The translations under genes were made by a program, and so were the position numbers. 64,000 nucleotides of DNA from an uncultured delta proteobacterium (GTDB lineage Bacteria; Desulfobacterota; Desulfobaccia; Desulfobaccales; 0-14-0-80-60-11), in contig CAWETI010000002.1 of assembly GCA_963812015.1 (NCBI GenBank), forward strand, positions 64,001 to 128,000. Direction: 5' to 3'. Every line of letters starts with the position of its first letter. Position 1 is the stretch's first letter. The notes under the pieces are model-generated. The model was given only the letters and a program-made list of their open reading frames with translations. It searched no databases and was not told where the DNA came from. Below are positions 63,402-64,000 of the stretch, one piece after another.

Positions 63402-64000
63402 GTGAAAGATGCCAATCAACCATTACACCACCAAAGCCGCTTGAAAAAATGGGCCTTAAACGGCGGGCTCATCGCGCTAAGCGTCGTAGCAGCGCTCACC
63501 TGCATCGAGATTGCCCTGCGCTTGACCTCTTATCGCGACCTGTTAATCCGGAATCGCCACCTGCGCTATTATTACCAGTTCGATCCCGTGAAAGGCTTCG
63601 ACATCAAGCCCAACGTCAAGAGCATCCCCGTATCGGTGGACAATCGGGTCGAATACCGTATCTGGTCCAATGAGCTGGGATGTTTCGATGCGCCTTATCA
63701 CGGCGAGGAACAGATTATCCTGCTGGTGGGGGGCAGTTTCACCCACTGCTTTGCCCCGTTCCAAGATATGTGGGGGACCCAGATTGAAAAGCTGCTGCAT
63801 TATCGGGTGCTGAAATGCGGGGTTAGCGGGTACGGGACCTATCAGGAGCTTGAAAAGGCCAAAGAGATTATTAATAAGATCCAGAAAAAACCCCAGCTAA
63901 TCATCGTGGGCTATTTCTGGAATGACCTGAGCGACGACTACTCCTTTCCCAATCTGACGGTGATCGATGGCTTCCTGGTGGAGTCCGCCAAGTATAGAGA
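63402..64000 (+). CDS. SGNH/GDSL-like hydrolase with N-terminal TM (partial)
   Basis: Hand translation: TM ..EIALR, NELG, VGGSFT, GVSGYGTYQE, YFWND; frame open to window end. Confidence 0.75.
   Translation, partial: MKDANQPLHHQSRLKKWALNGGLIALSVVAALTCIEIALRLTSYRDLLIRNRHLRYYYQFDPVKGFDIKPNVKSIPVSVDNRVEYRIWSNELGCFDAPYHGEEQIILLVGGSFTHCFAPFQDMWGTQIEKLLHYRVLKCGVSGYGTYQELEKAKEIINKIQKKPQLIIVGYFWNDLSDDYSFPNLTVIDGFLVESAKYR

Overview
GC-rich bacterial chromosome segment; gene content suggests an anaerobic deltaproteobacterium (Desulfobacterota-like, inferred). 1-25 kb: partial transketolase, a UbiA/DUF2231/cytochrome b5 cluster, and a full complex I operon (nuoA, fused nuoBCD, E-N) interrupted by a methyltransferase and wrbA, followed by eboD/eboE and a divergent purD. 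26-31 kb: an AT-rich HEPN gene with an in-frame TGA, a short purH, and an intact 2652-bp IS1595-family element (perfect 23-bp TIRs, 8-bp TSD) carrying a DUF3800 gene. 31-42 kb: housekeeping genes (DUF1015, speD with a long structured leader, corC, lnt, icd) and a KAP NTPase. 43-54.5 kb, the most interesting part: a co-directional locus encoding an S8 protease-zinc metalloprotease fusion, an MBL-fold hydrolase with large insertions, a signal-less lysozyme-SH3-CHAP protein, a 3TM protein, a C25/caspase-fold protease, a small protein and a lipoprotein. It is a candidate uncharacterised protease-cascade conflict/lysis system. 55-64 kb: two B12 radical SAM genes, an IS4 remnant, SIMPL, NifU, tRNA-Ala(CGC) and periplasmic proteins. 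All family calls come from motif recognition by eye; no database searches were run.
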